DNA of 32,000 bases from positions 1,890,001-1,922,000 of the forward strand of contig NZ_CP010904.1 of NCBI RefSeq assembly GCF_001017655.1, in the 5' to 3' direction. Shown here piece by piece: positions 13,296-21,759 of this stretch. Under the pieces are notes generated by a model. The model ran no database searches. It saw only the letters and a program-made list of their open reading frames with translations, and had not been told where the DNA came from. Numbering within the stretch: the stretch's first letter is position 1; each line of letters starts with the position of its first letter. The position numbers were made by a program, and so were the translations under genes. The DNA comes from Kiritimatiella glycovorans (GTDB lineage: Bacteria > Verrucomicrobiota > Kiritimatiellia > Kiritimatiellales > Kiritimatiellaceae).

Positions 13296-14384
13296 ATGCA
13301 GCAGAGCCACCCTTTTTTCGACCTATTTGAAGCGCCGCGCCGGGAGGAGCTGGCCCACGCCATGCGCGTCCGCAATCTCAGGGAAGGCACCACCCTTTTC
13401 GAGGACGGAGAGGTCGCGACGGAATTATATCTCCTCTTTTCGGGCCATATTCACCTCTCCAAGCAGGACCAAAACGGGCGGGCGTGGATCCTGGCCGAGG
13501 TGGGACCCGGAGAGTATTTCGGGGAGTTCGGCGTGTTCGACGGCGCCCCCCGCAGCGCCCGGGCCGCCGTTATCGTGTCTTCCTGCGTCGGGGTCCTGGA
13601 CCGGGAATGCGTCCTCGACGCCGTCCGCAAATCGTCCGCCGCGACGGCCCTCGACCTCATGACCCACCTGACCCGCAAATTGCGCACGGCCAACGATTAT
13701 TACCTCAGGGAGCGTATCCGCGAGGAGCGGCTGGCTATGATGGGGCGGACGCTCAACATGATCGCGCACGATCTGCGCAACCCCCTCGCCGCAATCTCCA
13801 TGGCGGCGGAATGCCTGCTCAGATCCGCGGACGGCGGGGAAAACGAATATTACGGTCAAACGATTGTCGAAAATTCCGAGCGGATTCACAGCATGATCGA
13901 GGATCTCATGGACTTCGCGCGCGGTGAACACCGGCTGACGGTTACATCCTTCCGGCTGAAACCGTTCCTTGATTCGGTGGCGGAGACTTACCGCAGCCGG
14001 GCGGAGCAGTGCGGAGTGACGCTGGACGTGGAGGCGCCCGAAGTCGAAGTGCGCGGCGATGAGCGCAAGCTGAGGCGTGCGGTTCAGAATCTGGTCTCCA
14101 ATTCACTGCAGGCTTCGCCTTCCGGAACCGCAGTGAAAATCAATGCCCGCAAACGCGCATGGGGCTACACCATCCGGGTTGAAGACGAGGCCGGGGGCAT
14201 TCCGGAAGAACTGCGCCAGCACCTGTTCGACCCGTTCGTCACACGCGGGAAAACCGGCGGGCAGGGACTCGGTCTCGCCATCGTTCAGTCCCTGGTCCGT
14301 GCGCACGGAGGGTCGGTCTCCTGGGAGGAAACGGCGAAGGGCACGCGCTTCCGCGTGGACGTCCCCTCCGACCCGGAATCCTGA
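13296..14384 (+). CDS. Cytoplasmic histidine kinase with an N-terminal cyclic-nucleotide-binding domain
   Basis: 362 aa. cNMP pocket: FGEFGVFDGAPRSARA. H-box: IAHDLRNPLAAI. N/G boxes: NLVSNSLQAS, DEAGGIP, GGQGLGLAIV. No TM segment. Confidence 0.9.
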   Translation: MQQSHPFFDLFEAPRREELAHAMRVRNLREGTTLFEDGEVATELYLLFSGHIHLSKQDQNGRAWILAEVGPGEYFGEFGVFDGAPRSARAAVIVSSCVGVLDRECVLDAVRKSSAATALDLMTHLTRKLRTANDYYLRERIREERLAMMGRTLNMIAHDLRNPLAAISMAAECLLRSADGGENEYYGQTIVENSERIHSMIEDLMDFARGEHRLTVTSFRLKPFLDSVAETYRSRAEQCGVTLDVEAPEVEVRGDERKLRRAVQNLVSNSLQASPSGTAVKINARKRAWGYTIRVEDEAGGIPEELRQHLFDPFVTRGKTGGQGLGLAIVQSLVRAHGGSVSWEETAKGTRFRVDVPSDPES

Positions 14385-14413
14385 CCGGTCCGATACGACC
14401 GCCCTTTTCGGGT

Positions 14414-15430
14414 TCAACGTTCCTCGGCCCGGGTGGGAAGATTCCATTCCCCGATACGGCGCGTTACGGTTTTTTTCGGGGGAGCATCCTCGACGGGCCT
14501 GTACAGATCCGGAACCTGCTCCCGCAGGTGAGCCTCCACGGTCTGAATGGTCGGGCCGTAGCCGTCGGCGTAAATAAACTCCTCGAGGGCGCGCGCCGCA
14601 TCGGCCGTCCGCGCGTAGCGATGTTCCGGGTCCGGGGCGAGGAGGCGCCGCAGGATCGACTCCAGCGCCGCCGGCGTACCGGGAGGAAGACGGTTCCAGG
14701 GCGGCTCCACCCGCAGAAAATCGTCGCGCGCGGGGGTCATGTTCCCGGGCCGCACGGTAAAACCGGAAAGCATCTCGAAGAGTACCGCGCCGAGCGAATA
14801 CTGGTCGGAGCGGAAATCGAGGGGATGGCAGGCGGCCTGCTCGGGCGACATGTAGGGGACCTTCCCCGTGATCCAGTTGTCGCCCATGACGCTGTTCGAA
14901 CTGGCCTTGGCGATGCCGAAGTCCGTGAGTTTCGCCAGCCCTTCGGAACTGACCAGGATATTCCGCGGGCAGACATCGCGATGGACGATGTCCAGCTCTC
15001 TGCCGCGGCGGTCGCGGAACTCATGGGCGTAGGCCAATCCCCTGGCGACTCGGCTTGCGGTGTGGACGGCCAGATCTTCCGGAATCCGCTCTTCTTCCGT
15101 ACGCAGACAGGCCATCCAGTCGCGCAGCGACAGACCGTGCACGTATTCCATCACCATGAAATAGTCGCCGTTGTCCAGCCGGTCGAAGTGATAGATCTGG
15201 ACGATATTTTCATGGACGAGGTCGCACACCAGTCGGGCCTCTTCGAGGAAAAGGCGCATCATACGCTCATCGCCCTCGTGCGCCGGGCGCAGCCTCTTGA
15301 CGGCGACGCGCTTGCGGAACCCCTCGCCGCCGCATTGAAACCCCTCGTAGACGGCGCTCATCGCACCTTCGGCGATCTCCCGCACCAGCTCGATACGCGT
15401 CTCGTGCACAATGACGTCCGGCTCATTCAT
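14414..15430 (-). CDS. Hanks-type Ser/Thr protein kinase (kinase domain only)
   Basis: Motifs VAVKRL, HRDVCPRNIL, DFGIAKA and SPEQ. Start taken at MNEPD (15430) or MPMNEPD (15436). It overlaps the stop of the upstream epimerase-like gene. Confidence 0.85.
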   Translation of the reverse strand: MNEPDVIVHETRIELVREIAEGAMSAVYEGFQCGGEGFRKRVAVKRLRPAHEGDERMMRLFLEEARLVCDLVHENIVQIYHFDRLDNGDYFMVMEYVHGLSLRDWMACLRTEEERIPEDLAVHTASRVARGLAYAHEFRDRRGRELDIVHRDVCPRNILVSSEGLAKLTDFGIAKASSNSVMGDNWITGKVPYMSPEQAACHPLDFRSDQYSLGAVLFEMLSGFTVRPGNMTPARDDFLRVEPPWNRLPPGTPAALESILRRLLAPDPEHRYARTADAARALEEFIYADGYGPTIQTVEAHLREQVPDLYRPVEDAPPKKTVTRRIGEWNLPTRAEER

Positions 15431-16301
15431 CGGCATCCAGCGCTTCCGCCAGTCCGGGGGTGCCGAACGTGAACCCCCCGTCTTCCAGCGTCTTCGGTAC
15501 GGCCCGCACGCTCGCGAGGAGCATTTCCCTGGCCATGTCGCCGGCCGCAAGTTTCAGCAGCGGGGCGGGCGCCGAGGTGACAAAGGGGCCGCCGGTGCGT
15601 TCCCTGAGCCGTTCCGCCCACTCCGTGTTTCGAACGGGGTTCGGGGCCGCGGCGTTCACCACCGGCCCGACTTCAGGGTGGTCGAGCAGCCAGAGGGCGG
15701 CGCGCACGGCGTCCGCCAGCCCGATCCAGCTCATGAACTGGCTCCCGGAGCCGAGGCGGACGGGAAGGCCGAACCGGGCCGCCCGCAGCATCGGCGGCAG
15801 GGCCCCTCCCCGTCCCGAGAGCACGATGCCGAAGCGCATGCGGGCCACGGCGACGCCGGCGTCTTCGGCGGGCGCCCAGGCGTCTTCCCACTCTTGGCAG
15901 ACGGTCGCAAGAAAGCCTTCTCCGGGCGGCGCGGACTCATCCAGTTCCTCGTCGCCCCGGTCGCCGTAATATCCGACGGCGGAGGCCGACACGATACGGG
16001 AGGTCTTCAGGGAGCCCTCCGCCACGGCCGCGGCCAGCAGGCGCGCGCCGTTGACACGGCTGTCCCGGATGCTCCGCCTCCGGTTCTTCGTCCATCGCCC
16101 CGCCACAGGGGTGCCCGCGAAATGTACCACGGCGTCCGCCTCCGGCCAGCGGCCCGGACCGGCCCCCTCTTCCGGCGACCAGGTGAGGTCGCCGCTTCCA
16201 GCGCGATGGCTCATGAGCATGACGCGGTCGCCGCGTGAACGCAGGGCGCGTGTCACCGCACTCCCGATCAGTCCGCTGCCGCCCGTCATCAGAACGTTCA
16301 T
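15423..16301 (-). CDS. YfcH/TIGR01777-like NAD-dependent epimerase-family protein (SDR with C-terminal DUF1731)
   Basis: Internal Met at 16301 gives MNVLMTGGSGLIGSAVTRAL (Rossmann GxxGxxG). The length and C-terminal region are typical of the family. Confidence 0.75.
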   Translation of the reverse strand: MNVLMTGGSGLIGSAVTRALRSRGDRVMLMSHRAGSGDLTWSPEEGAGPGRWPEADAVVHFAGTPVAGRWTKNRRRSIRDSRVNGARLLAAAVAEGSLKTSRIVSASAVGYYGDRGDEELDESAPPGEGFLATVCQEWEDAWAPAEDAGVAVARMRFGIVLSGRGGALPPMLRAARFGLPVRLGSGSQFMSWIGLADAVRAALWLLDHPEVGPVVNAAAPNPVRNTEWAERLRERTGGPFVTSAPAPLLKLAAGDMAREMLLASVRAVPKTLEDGGFTFGTPGLAEALDADE

Positions 16302-16480
16302 GCCGTCACCCGGATATGAATCAGCAGCAGCACCATCGCCGCCGCGATTTCGATCCACCCCATGCGCGCAAGGCGGATCATGGGGATCCTCTCCTGCCAG
16401 CGATCCGACATCAGCACCCCCAGGGATCCGTCGATCAGCAGCAGGATCACCGTCCATATGCGGATCGTCTCAAGCATCAT
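16298..16480 (-). CDS. Small two-TM membrane protein, unknown function
   Basis: 60 aa, two hydrophobic helices, good GC3. ATGA overlaps at both ends (16298-16301 and 16477-16480). Confidence 0.5.
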   Translation of the reverse strand: MMLETIRIWTVILLLIDGSLGVLMSDRWQERIPMIRLARMGWIEIAAAMVLLLIHIRVTA

Positions 16481-16893
16481 TCATCCCCGCTCACCGTGAT
16501 CACCACCGTTCGGCGGCGGGGTTTGACGTCGCACTCCAGATGAAAAATCTGCTGCCAGGTTCCGAGTTCGGGGACCCCGCCGGAAAGGGGCACCGTGAGC
16601 GACGGGCCCTGCATCGTCGCCTGGAGGTGTGAATGACCGTTGCCGTCGTGCCAGGCGCGCTCGTGCCCGTAATGGCGCGAGGGCGGGACCAGCCTTTTCC
16701 AGACCGCCGGGAGATCCTCCTGCAGTCCGGGCTCGAACTCGACGGTACCCACCGAGGCCGTGCTCCCGATGTTGAAGATATGGATCAGACCTTCCCGGAC
16801 ACCCGAATTCCCGGCAATCCGCTTTACCTCGGGGGTGAGATCGTGCATGTCTCCCTCACCCGACGTCTCGACCTCGATTCGTTCCCGGTACAT
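16477..16893 (-). CDS. YjbQ/UPF0047 family protein (secondary thiamine-phosphate synthase-like)
   Basis: Start taken at MYRERIEVETSGEGDMHDLT. Motifs IFNIGSTASV, HDGNGHSHLQA and GTWQQIF are characteristic of the family. Confidence 0.8.
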   Translation of the reverse strand: MYRERIEVETSGEGDMHDLTPEVKRIAGNSGVREGLIHIFNIGSTASVGTVEFEPGLQEDLPAVWKRLVPPSRHYGHERAWHDGNGHSHLQATMQGPSLTVPLSGGVPELGTWQQIFHLECDVKPRRRTVVITVSGDE

Positions 16894-17006
16894 GGATGCC
16901 CCCCTCAAAGCGGGATGCGTCCGCGACATGCGGCCCCCCGCGTCCTTACAAAAACTCACTCAGCCTGAAAATAGGATGAAAAGCCTGCCGAACAAACCCC
17001 AAAAAA

Positions 17007-17720
17007 CTAAAAATCGCGGGCTGCGCTTTCTTCCGGGAAAGGATGTTCCACGATATCCGGCACCTCTCCCTCCGACTTTCCCGCGACGGCCAGGGCATAG
17101 CCCGGCGAACCGGCCAGTGTGCGACACCACCATAAGGCGCCCCCGGCATCCGGCCCGTGGAATGCCTTCATGATCGCGGAGGGATCGCCCGGGCGGTTGG
17201 CCCACAGCCCGCGTCCCCGCGCCTTGGTCAGGGCCTCCCAACGCACCCACCACTCGAAGAACGCCCGCCCGGACCACGCTCCGCCCCCGGCCTCCGGACC
17301 GAACAGGCGTCGTCCAAGACGATCCGTATCGAGTTCCGGCCGCACCCTTTCAATATCGATCCCCACCGGATCACGGAAACTCGCGATCATCACCCACCAT
17401 CGGCTCGAATGGGAGAGGTTGAAATAGACCTCCTCCCCTGCGAGGCAGGGCTTCCCGTCCGGGCCGTATTTGAACCGGAATGACGCCGGTGCGCGGTCGA
17501 GAATCTCCCCGAGCACGGTGCGCAACCGGAAGCGGGAACAGGCGGCCGCACGGCGTACGGCGGGCACGCGCAGGCGGTCGAGTCGCCCGCGCTCATCCTC
17601 CGACAACGGTTCCCGAAGCCCGTTGAGCGGAGTCCCGCAGTCCAGCGGCGCGCGCCAGATGTGCCAGCAGCCGCGCCCACTCCCCGCTTCGGCGGATCTT
17701 GTCGTCTCGTCGCGATTCAT
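17007..17720 (-). CDS. Sfp-type 4'-phosphopantetheinyl transferase
   Basis: Start taken at MNRDETT. Motifs FNLSHS, GIDIE and W..WEALTKARG are present. No carrier-protein, PKS or NRPS gene lies in the window. Confidence 0.75.
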   Translation of the reverse strand: MNRDETTRSAEAGSGRGCWHIWRAPLDCGTPLNGLREPLSEDERGRLDRLRVPAVRRAAACSRFRLRTVLGEILDRAPASFRFKYGPDGKPCLAGEEVYFNLSHSSRWWVMIASFRDPVGIDIERVRPELDTDRLGRRLFGPEAGGGAWSGRAFFEWWVRWEALTKARGRGLWANRPGDPSAIMKAFHGPDAGGALWWCRTLAGSPGYALAVAGKSEGEVPDIVEHPFPEESAARDF

Positions 17721-17790
17721 GTTTAATGCTGTCCGGATGTTGCGCTCCGGTGATAGAGGTGCGCCGCAAACCCCGTACGATCGGATCGGC

Positions 17791-18423
17791 ATGAACCATT
17801 TGCACAGAATCGGATTCGGCGCGCTGATAATGTATACGGTCGCACTTTTCGCCGTCGAGAAATTCACGTCGTTCGAGACGGTCTATCATTTCATGACCGA
17901 CATCAAGGGGCCGGTGCCCTACTACGCGATCAATACCAGCTTGAGCACGTTCTTTCTGGGCGCGGCCTCCCTCCTGTTCCTCTTCCAGTGGTCGGCGACG
18001 CCCCGCAGCGGCCGCCGGGACCGCCGGGCACTTTTCGCGCTCGGACAGTGTTACCTCTTCGCGTTCCTGGCGCTGGACGACCGGCTGATGGCCCATGAGC
18101 ATTTCGCCTGGATCACAGGCATTCATGAGATCTTCTGGTTCGGATCGGCGGCGCTGGCCGAAGCCGCACTGGTGCTGCTGCTGGCCGACGTGGCGAAGTG
18201 GCCGCGGCGCGCGGTACACTGCTTCGTCGGGGCCGTCGGCGCGTTCGGAATCATGATGCTGACCGACCTGTTCGTTCCCCGGATGCTGCTCTGGCGAATC
18301 TGCTTCGAAGATCTCGCCAAGCTGTGGGCGGCGGCGCTGCTGTTCATGTTCGCCTGGGAACTGACCCTGGAACGGATTACGCTCCGCAGGGAGCTGAAAG
18401 GGGAGCCGGATGAAAGTTCGTGA
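17791..18423 (+). CDS. Integral membrane protein, unknown family (paralog 1)
   Basis: 210 aa, about 6 TM. Contains the motif LALDDRLMAHEHF. Start at the first ATG after the divergent intergenic region. Confidence 0.65.
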   Translation: MNHLHRIGFGALIMYTVALFAVEKFTSFETVYHFMTDIKGPVPYYAINTSLSTFFLGAASLLFLFQWSATPRSGRRDRRALFALGQCYLFAFLALDDRLMAHEHFAWITGIHEIFWFGSAALAEAALVLLLADVAKWPRRAVHCFVGAVGAFGIMMLTDLFVPRMLLWRICFEDLAKLWAAALLFMFAWELTLERITLRRELKGEPDESS

Positions 18424-19108
18424 ACTGATGCGCGCACTGTTCGTGCCCGCCCTGGCCGTCTCGGCCCTCTTCGCGGCGCTGACCTTTCTCAGTGCCTTCG
18501 CGCAGTCCACCGACGCGCCGGAATGGCTGCGCTTCCTGCTCGAACGGCTCGAACTGCGCGAGGAACGCACCATCGGCACCTGGTTCCAGAGTCTGCTCTT
18601 CATCGCGGCGGGGGCGGGCTGGTACCTGATCGGCCGTTCCCCGGAGACCGGCCTGAAGCGTGCATCGCGCGAGTATCTGCGCTTCTGCGCAGTGGTGATG
18701 CTGTTCCTTTCGGCGGATGAAATCCTCGCGATCCACGAATACCTCGGCTATCGCCTGGAAGTCGATGCGGGGCTCGGCCGCAATACGCCGCTCTACGGCA
18801 TGGGATTCACGTGGGTGCTGATCTACATCCCCCTCGCCCTTACCGCCCTCGTTTTCCTCTCCCTCGTCTACCGCCGCCTCATCCGCCATCTTCCCAACTG
18901 CGGACCGCGCCGCAGGGCGAGGCGCATGCTCACCCTCACGTGGGCGCTTTTCATCTTTGTGTCCGGAGCGGAAATGCTGGAGGCCGCCATCTGGTACGAA
19001 GGCTTCAAGGCCTACCTGCTGCCCTGCTTCGAAGAGACCATGGAACTCGCGCTTCTGATGACGATCTGGCGCCTTAACCTCGTCATCGCAGAAGCGCGAG
19101 GTCTCTGA
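18410..19108 (+). CDS. Integral membrane protein, unknown family (paralog 2)
   Basis: 232 aa. Contains the motif LSADEILAIHEYL at an equivalent position. Overlaps paralog 1 by 14 nt. Confidence 0.65.
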   Translation: MKVRELMRALFVPALAVSALFAALTFLSAFAQSTDAPEWLRFLLERLELREERTIGTWFQSLLFIAAGAGWYLIGRSPETGLKRASREYLRFCAVVMLFLSADEILAIHEYLGYRLEVDAGLGRNTPLYGMGFTWVLIYIPLALTALVFLSLVYRRLIRHLPNCGPRRRARRMLTLTWALFIFVSGAEMLEAAIWYEGFKAYLLPCFEETMELALLMTIWRLNLVIAEARGL

Positions 19109-19121
19109 AGCTGGACCGGAT

Positions 19122-19772
19122 TCAGTCCTGCAGCGGCTTGTGGCAGAACCACCAGTCGTAATGCTCGAACTGGCCGGCGTTTTCTTCCGCCGACTTGACA
19201 TCCTTGGCGGGCGGCACGATCACGCGATCACCGATCAACTCGTTGTCCGGCCAGTTGGCGGGCAGGGCTCCCTGCGCATCCGAGGTCTGCAGGGCGCGGA
19301 CCGTTCGGACGATCTCGTCGATATTGCGGCCCACCTCCTGGGGATAGTAGAGGATCGTGCGCACCATGCCTTCGCCGTCGACCACGAATACGGCCCTTAC
19401 CGTGTTGGCGCCCTTGCCGGGATGCATCATCCCCAGCCGCAGGGCGATGTCCTCGGTGGCGGCCACTACGGGAAACTCGATCTCCACGTTCAGCTTCTCT
19501 TTAATCCACTGCACCCACTTGATGTGCGAAAAGACCTGGTCGACGGACATCCCGATCAGGCGGCAATTCATCTCGCGGAACCGGTCGATCCGCTTCTGAA
19601 AAGCCACGAATTCCGTGGTGCATACCGGCGTGAAATCCGCGGGATGACTGAACAGCACAAACCATTCTCCCTCCAGGTCATCGGGCAGATGCATCATCCC
19701 CTGCGTCGTGTTCACGCTCAGTGCGGGAAACCGCTCGCCCAGCGTCGGCATCGTGTACATATCTCCGTCCAT
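19122..19772 (-). CDS. Peroxiredoxin (Prx6-like subfamily)
   Basis: [14 protein letters not shown] is the peroxidatic-Cys motif. The C-terminus is [10 protein letters not shown]. An AAGGAGG Shine-Dalgarno lies 8 nt before the ATG at 19772. Confidence 0.9.
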   Translation of the reverse strand: MDGDMYTMPTLGERFPALSVNTTQGMMHLPDDLEGEWFVLFSHPADFTPVCTTEFVAFQKRIDRFREMNCRLIGMSVDQVFSHIKWVQWIKEKLNVEIEFPVVAATEDIALRLGMMHPGKGANTVRAVFVVDGEGMVRTILYYPQEVGRNIDEIVRTVRALQTSDAQGALPANWPDNELIGDRVIVPPAKDVKSAEENAGQFEHYDWWFCHKPLQD

Positions 19773-19791
19773 TCTCTCTTCCTCCTTCGGC

Positions 19792-20262
19792 TCATTGCCT
19801 TTTTCTTGCTTCACCTGTCCGGCCTGCGTCCGCACAACCGCGGCACAGGCCGCTCCAAACCACCCTTCCCGAATGCACCTCGCCGACCCCGTCCGGGACG
19901 GACTTCATGTCGGGGGCCCCGACGTCCGGCACATCCAGGATACATCCGCACTGTTCACACACGAAATGACCGTGCGGAGCGACTGCGGCATCGAATCGGT
20001 ACCGGCTGTCCGGGGTATCGATCCGCTGCACGAGCCCGCGCTGTTCAAGATTGGCAAGCACCCGGTAAACCGTATCCCGCGACAGGCCGGGCATACCGCG
20101 CCTGACCTGCCGGTAGAGCGTGTCCGCATCCGGATGGCTGTCCGAGGCGGCAACTGCGCGATAGACCGCCTCGCGCTGAGGCGTCAGCCTCCATCCGGTC
20201 CGGCGGCAGTGTTCGCGCAACCGCTGGATCCCCCGCTCCCGTTTTTCCGTACCTGCCGTCAT
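19792..20262 (-). CDS. Fur-family metalloregulator (PerR-like by context)
   Basis: 156 aa. Shows the w[13 protein letters not shown] and a second CxxC (CRGC). It lies directly upstream of the peroxiredoxin and divergent from msrA. Confidence 0.8.
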   Translation of the reverse strand: MTAGTEKRERGIQRLREHCRRTGWRLTPQREAVYRAVAASDSHPDADTLYRQVRRGMPGLSRDTVYRVLANLEQRGLVQRIDTPDSRYRFDAAVAPHGHFVCEQCGCILDVPDVGAPDMKSVPDGVGEVHSGRVVWSGLCRGCADAGRTGEARKRQ

Positions 20263-20392
20263 CCTGCCCCGTTCCGAGTGTTTCGAACTTGTACTGATTA
20301 GGATTTATTCTTATTATGAGTATGAATCAAGAGACAAATGATAAAAAAAACGAACCCCGGCCCGGTACGCGGGGTCGAAGTGAGAACAGATC

Positions 20393-20983
20393 ATGAGCGC
20401 AAAAAACATCCATCCGATGGTGGCCCCGGTCGTGCTGCTTCTGCTTGCGTGCCTGTTTCTTCTGACCGGCTCATCCCCACAGGAAAAAAGGATCGAGGAG
20501 GATACGATGAACCGGGCAGAAAATCCGATCGCCACATTCGCCGCGGGGTGTTTCTGGGGCGTGGAGGCCGAATTCCGCAGGATTCCGGGCGTCGTCGATA
20601 CGGAGGTGGGCTATACCGGGGGGCACACGGAGAACCCGTCCTATCGCGACGTCTGTCGCGGCGATACCGGCCATGCCGAGGCGGTCAGGGTGTGGTACGA
20701 CTCCTCCCGGGTCCGTTACCGCGATCTGCTCGACGTGTTCTGGAGGATTCACAATCCCACCACCCTCAACCGGCAGGGCGCGGACGTCGGTTCCCAGTAC
20801 CGGTCGGCCATCTTCACCCATTCCCCCGAGCAGGAACGTGAAGCGCAACGCTCGCTTCAGAAGGAGGATCGTAATACGCGTCGGGACATCGTCACGCAGA
20901 TCGAGCCGGCGGGACCCTTCTACCGCGCCGAGGAATATCATCAGCAGTACACGGAAAAACACGGCGGGGGATGCCATCTCTGA
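20393..20983 (+). CDS. msrA: Peptide-methionine (S)-S-oxide reductase MsrA with signal/lipoprotein leader
   Basis: [10 protein letters not shown] active site. The N-terminal [20 protein letters not shown] carries a lipobox-like LLAC, suggesting export. Confidence 0.9.
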   Translation: MSAKNIHPMVAPVVLLLLACLFLLTGSSPQEKRIEEDTMNRAENPIATFAAGCFWGVEAEFRRIPGVVDTEVGYTGGHTENPSYRDVCRGDTGHAEAVRVWYDSSRVRYRDLLDVFWRIHNPTTLNRQGADVGSQYRSAIFTHSPEQEREAQRSLQKEDRNTRRDIVTQIEPAGPFYRAEEYHQQYTEKHGGGCHL

Positions 20984-21024
20984 TTCGCGGTTGATTTAAT
21001 GCGGCACAATCGCATAATAGCAGC

Positions 21025-21104
21025 CAACAACCCAACAACCCAACAACCCAACAACCCAACAACCCAGCAACCCAACAACCCAGCAACCCAGCAACCCAAA
21101 ACCC
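21025..21104 (+). repeat. Octanucleotide tandem repeat (CAACAACC / CAGCAACC), 9 units plus 1 degenerate
   Basis: Units in phase from 21025: five CAACAACC, then CAGCAACC, CAACAACC, CAGCAACC, CAGCAACC, then CAAAACCC. The array ends 3 nt before the GGAGGG Shine-Dalgarno of the next gene. Confidence 0.95.
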
Positions 21105-21117
21105 CACGGAGGGCAGC

Positions 21118-21582
21118 ATGAAGAAGTCAGTGATCGTTTCCGCGGGACTTGCGGCCGTACTCGCATTCACGAGCGGCTGCTTTGTCTCCAGCCGTTCCGG
21201 GCAGGTTTATTCGCGCGATCAGGCGCGGCAGATCCATCAGGTGGAAGAGGGCACGGTCAAAGCGGTCCGGCCGGTGACGATTGAAGGCAGCCGCACGCCC
21301 GTGGGCGCCATTGCCGGCGGCGTACTCGGTGGCGCGCTCGGACGCAATATCGGTTCGGGCGGCGGACGCGATCTGGCCACGGCAGCGGGTGCCGTCGGCG
21401 GCGCGGCCGCAGGCGCGGCGGCCGAGCAGCAGCTCACGAAAAAGAAGGGGCTGGAAATTACCGTCGAACTCGACTCGGGCAGAAACGTGACGGTCGTTCA
21501 GGAGGCCGACGTCCAGTTCTCGCCCGGCGAACGCGTGCGGGTGCTGACCGCCGGTGACGGCAGCGCGAGGGTGACCAAGTAG
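21118..21582 (+). CDS. Glycine-zipper (SlyB/PCP-like) outer-membrane lipoprotein
   Basis: MKKSVIVSAGLAAVLAFTSGC contains a lipobox. GAIAGGVLGGALGRNIGSGGG is a glycine zipper. Confidence 0.8.
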   Translation: MKKSVIVSAGLAAVLAFTSGCFVSSRSGQVYSRDQARQIHQVEEGTVKAVRPVTIEGSRTPVGAIAGGVLGGALGRNIGSGGGRDLATAAGAVGGAAAGAAAEQQLTKKKGLEITVELDSGRNVTVVQEADVQFSPGERVRVLTAGDGSARVTK

Positions 21583-21642
21583 AGCGCCCCGGCAGCGGTT
21601 CACCAAAGGAGTTTTGCGGACGGCCTTCTGCGGTCCAGCAGA

Positions 21643-21759
21643 ATCCCTACCTTCACGCATGGGTTCGGCCTGCGTCTCTTGGGTAGGGCGTGATCTCCGA
21701 GCGCGCCGCTCTTCCGGACGGCCCGGAGGTCCGTCCCTACCTTCACGCACGGGTTCGGC
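21643..21759. repeat. Pair of 25-bp direct repeats (CCCTACCTTCACGCAYGGGTTCGGC) 90 bp apart
   Basis: Copies at 21645-21669 and 21735-21759, differing at one position. The second overlaps the stop region of the MauE-like gene. The first can pair CCCTACC with GGTAGGG at 21682-21688. Confidence 0.8.

Noticed and set aside
20343-20377. A8 run followed by an ACCCCG...CGGGGT stem upstream of msrA. On the minus strand it looks like a hairpin plus T8 intrinsic terminator.
   Set aside because: No minus-strand gene lies upstream of it to terminate, because msrA is on the plus strand. On the plus strand the A-run precedes rather than follows the stem. It may insulate the perR promoter from antisense transcription, but I cannot support a call.
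20892-21170. 92-aa minus-strand ORF with WVAGLLGC repeats.
   Set aside because: It is a translation artefact of the 8-bp tandem array, since three units make 24 nt or 8 aa. It overlaps the start of the well-supported SlyB-like gene on the other strand.
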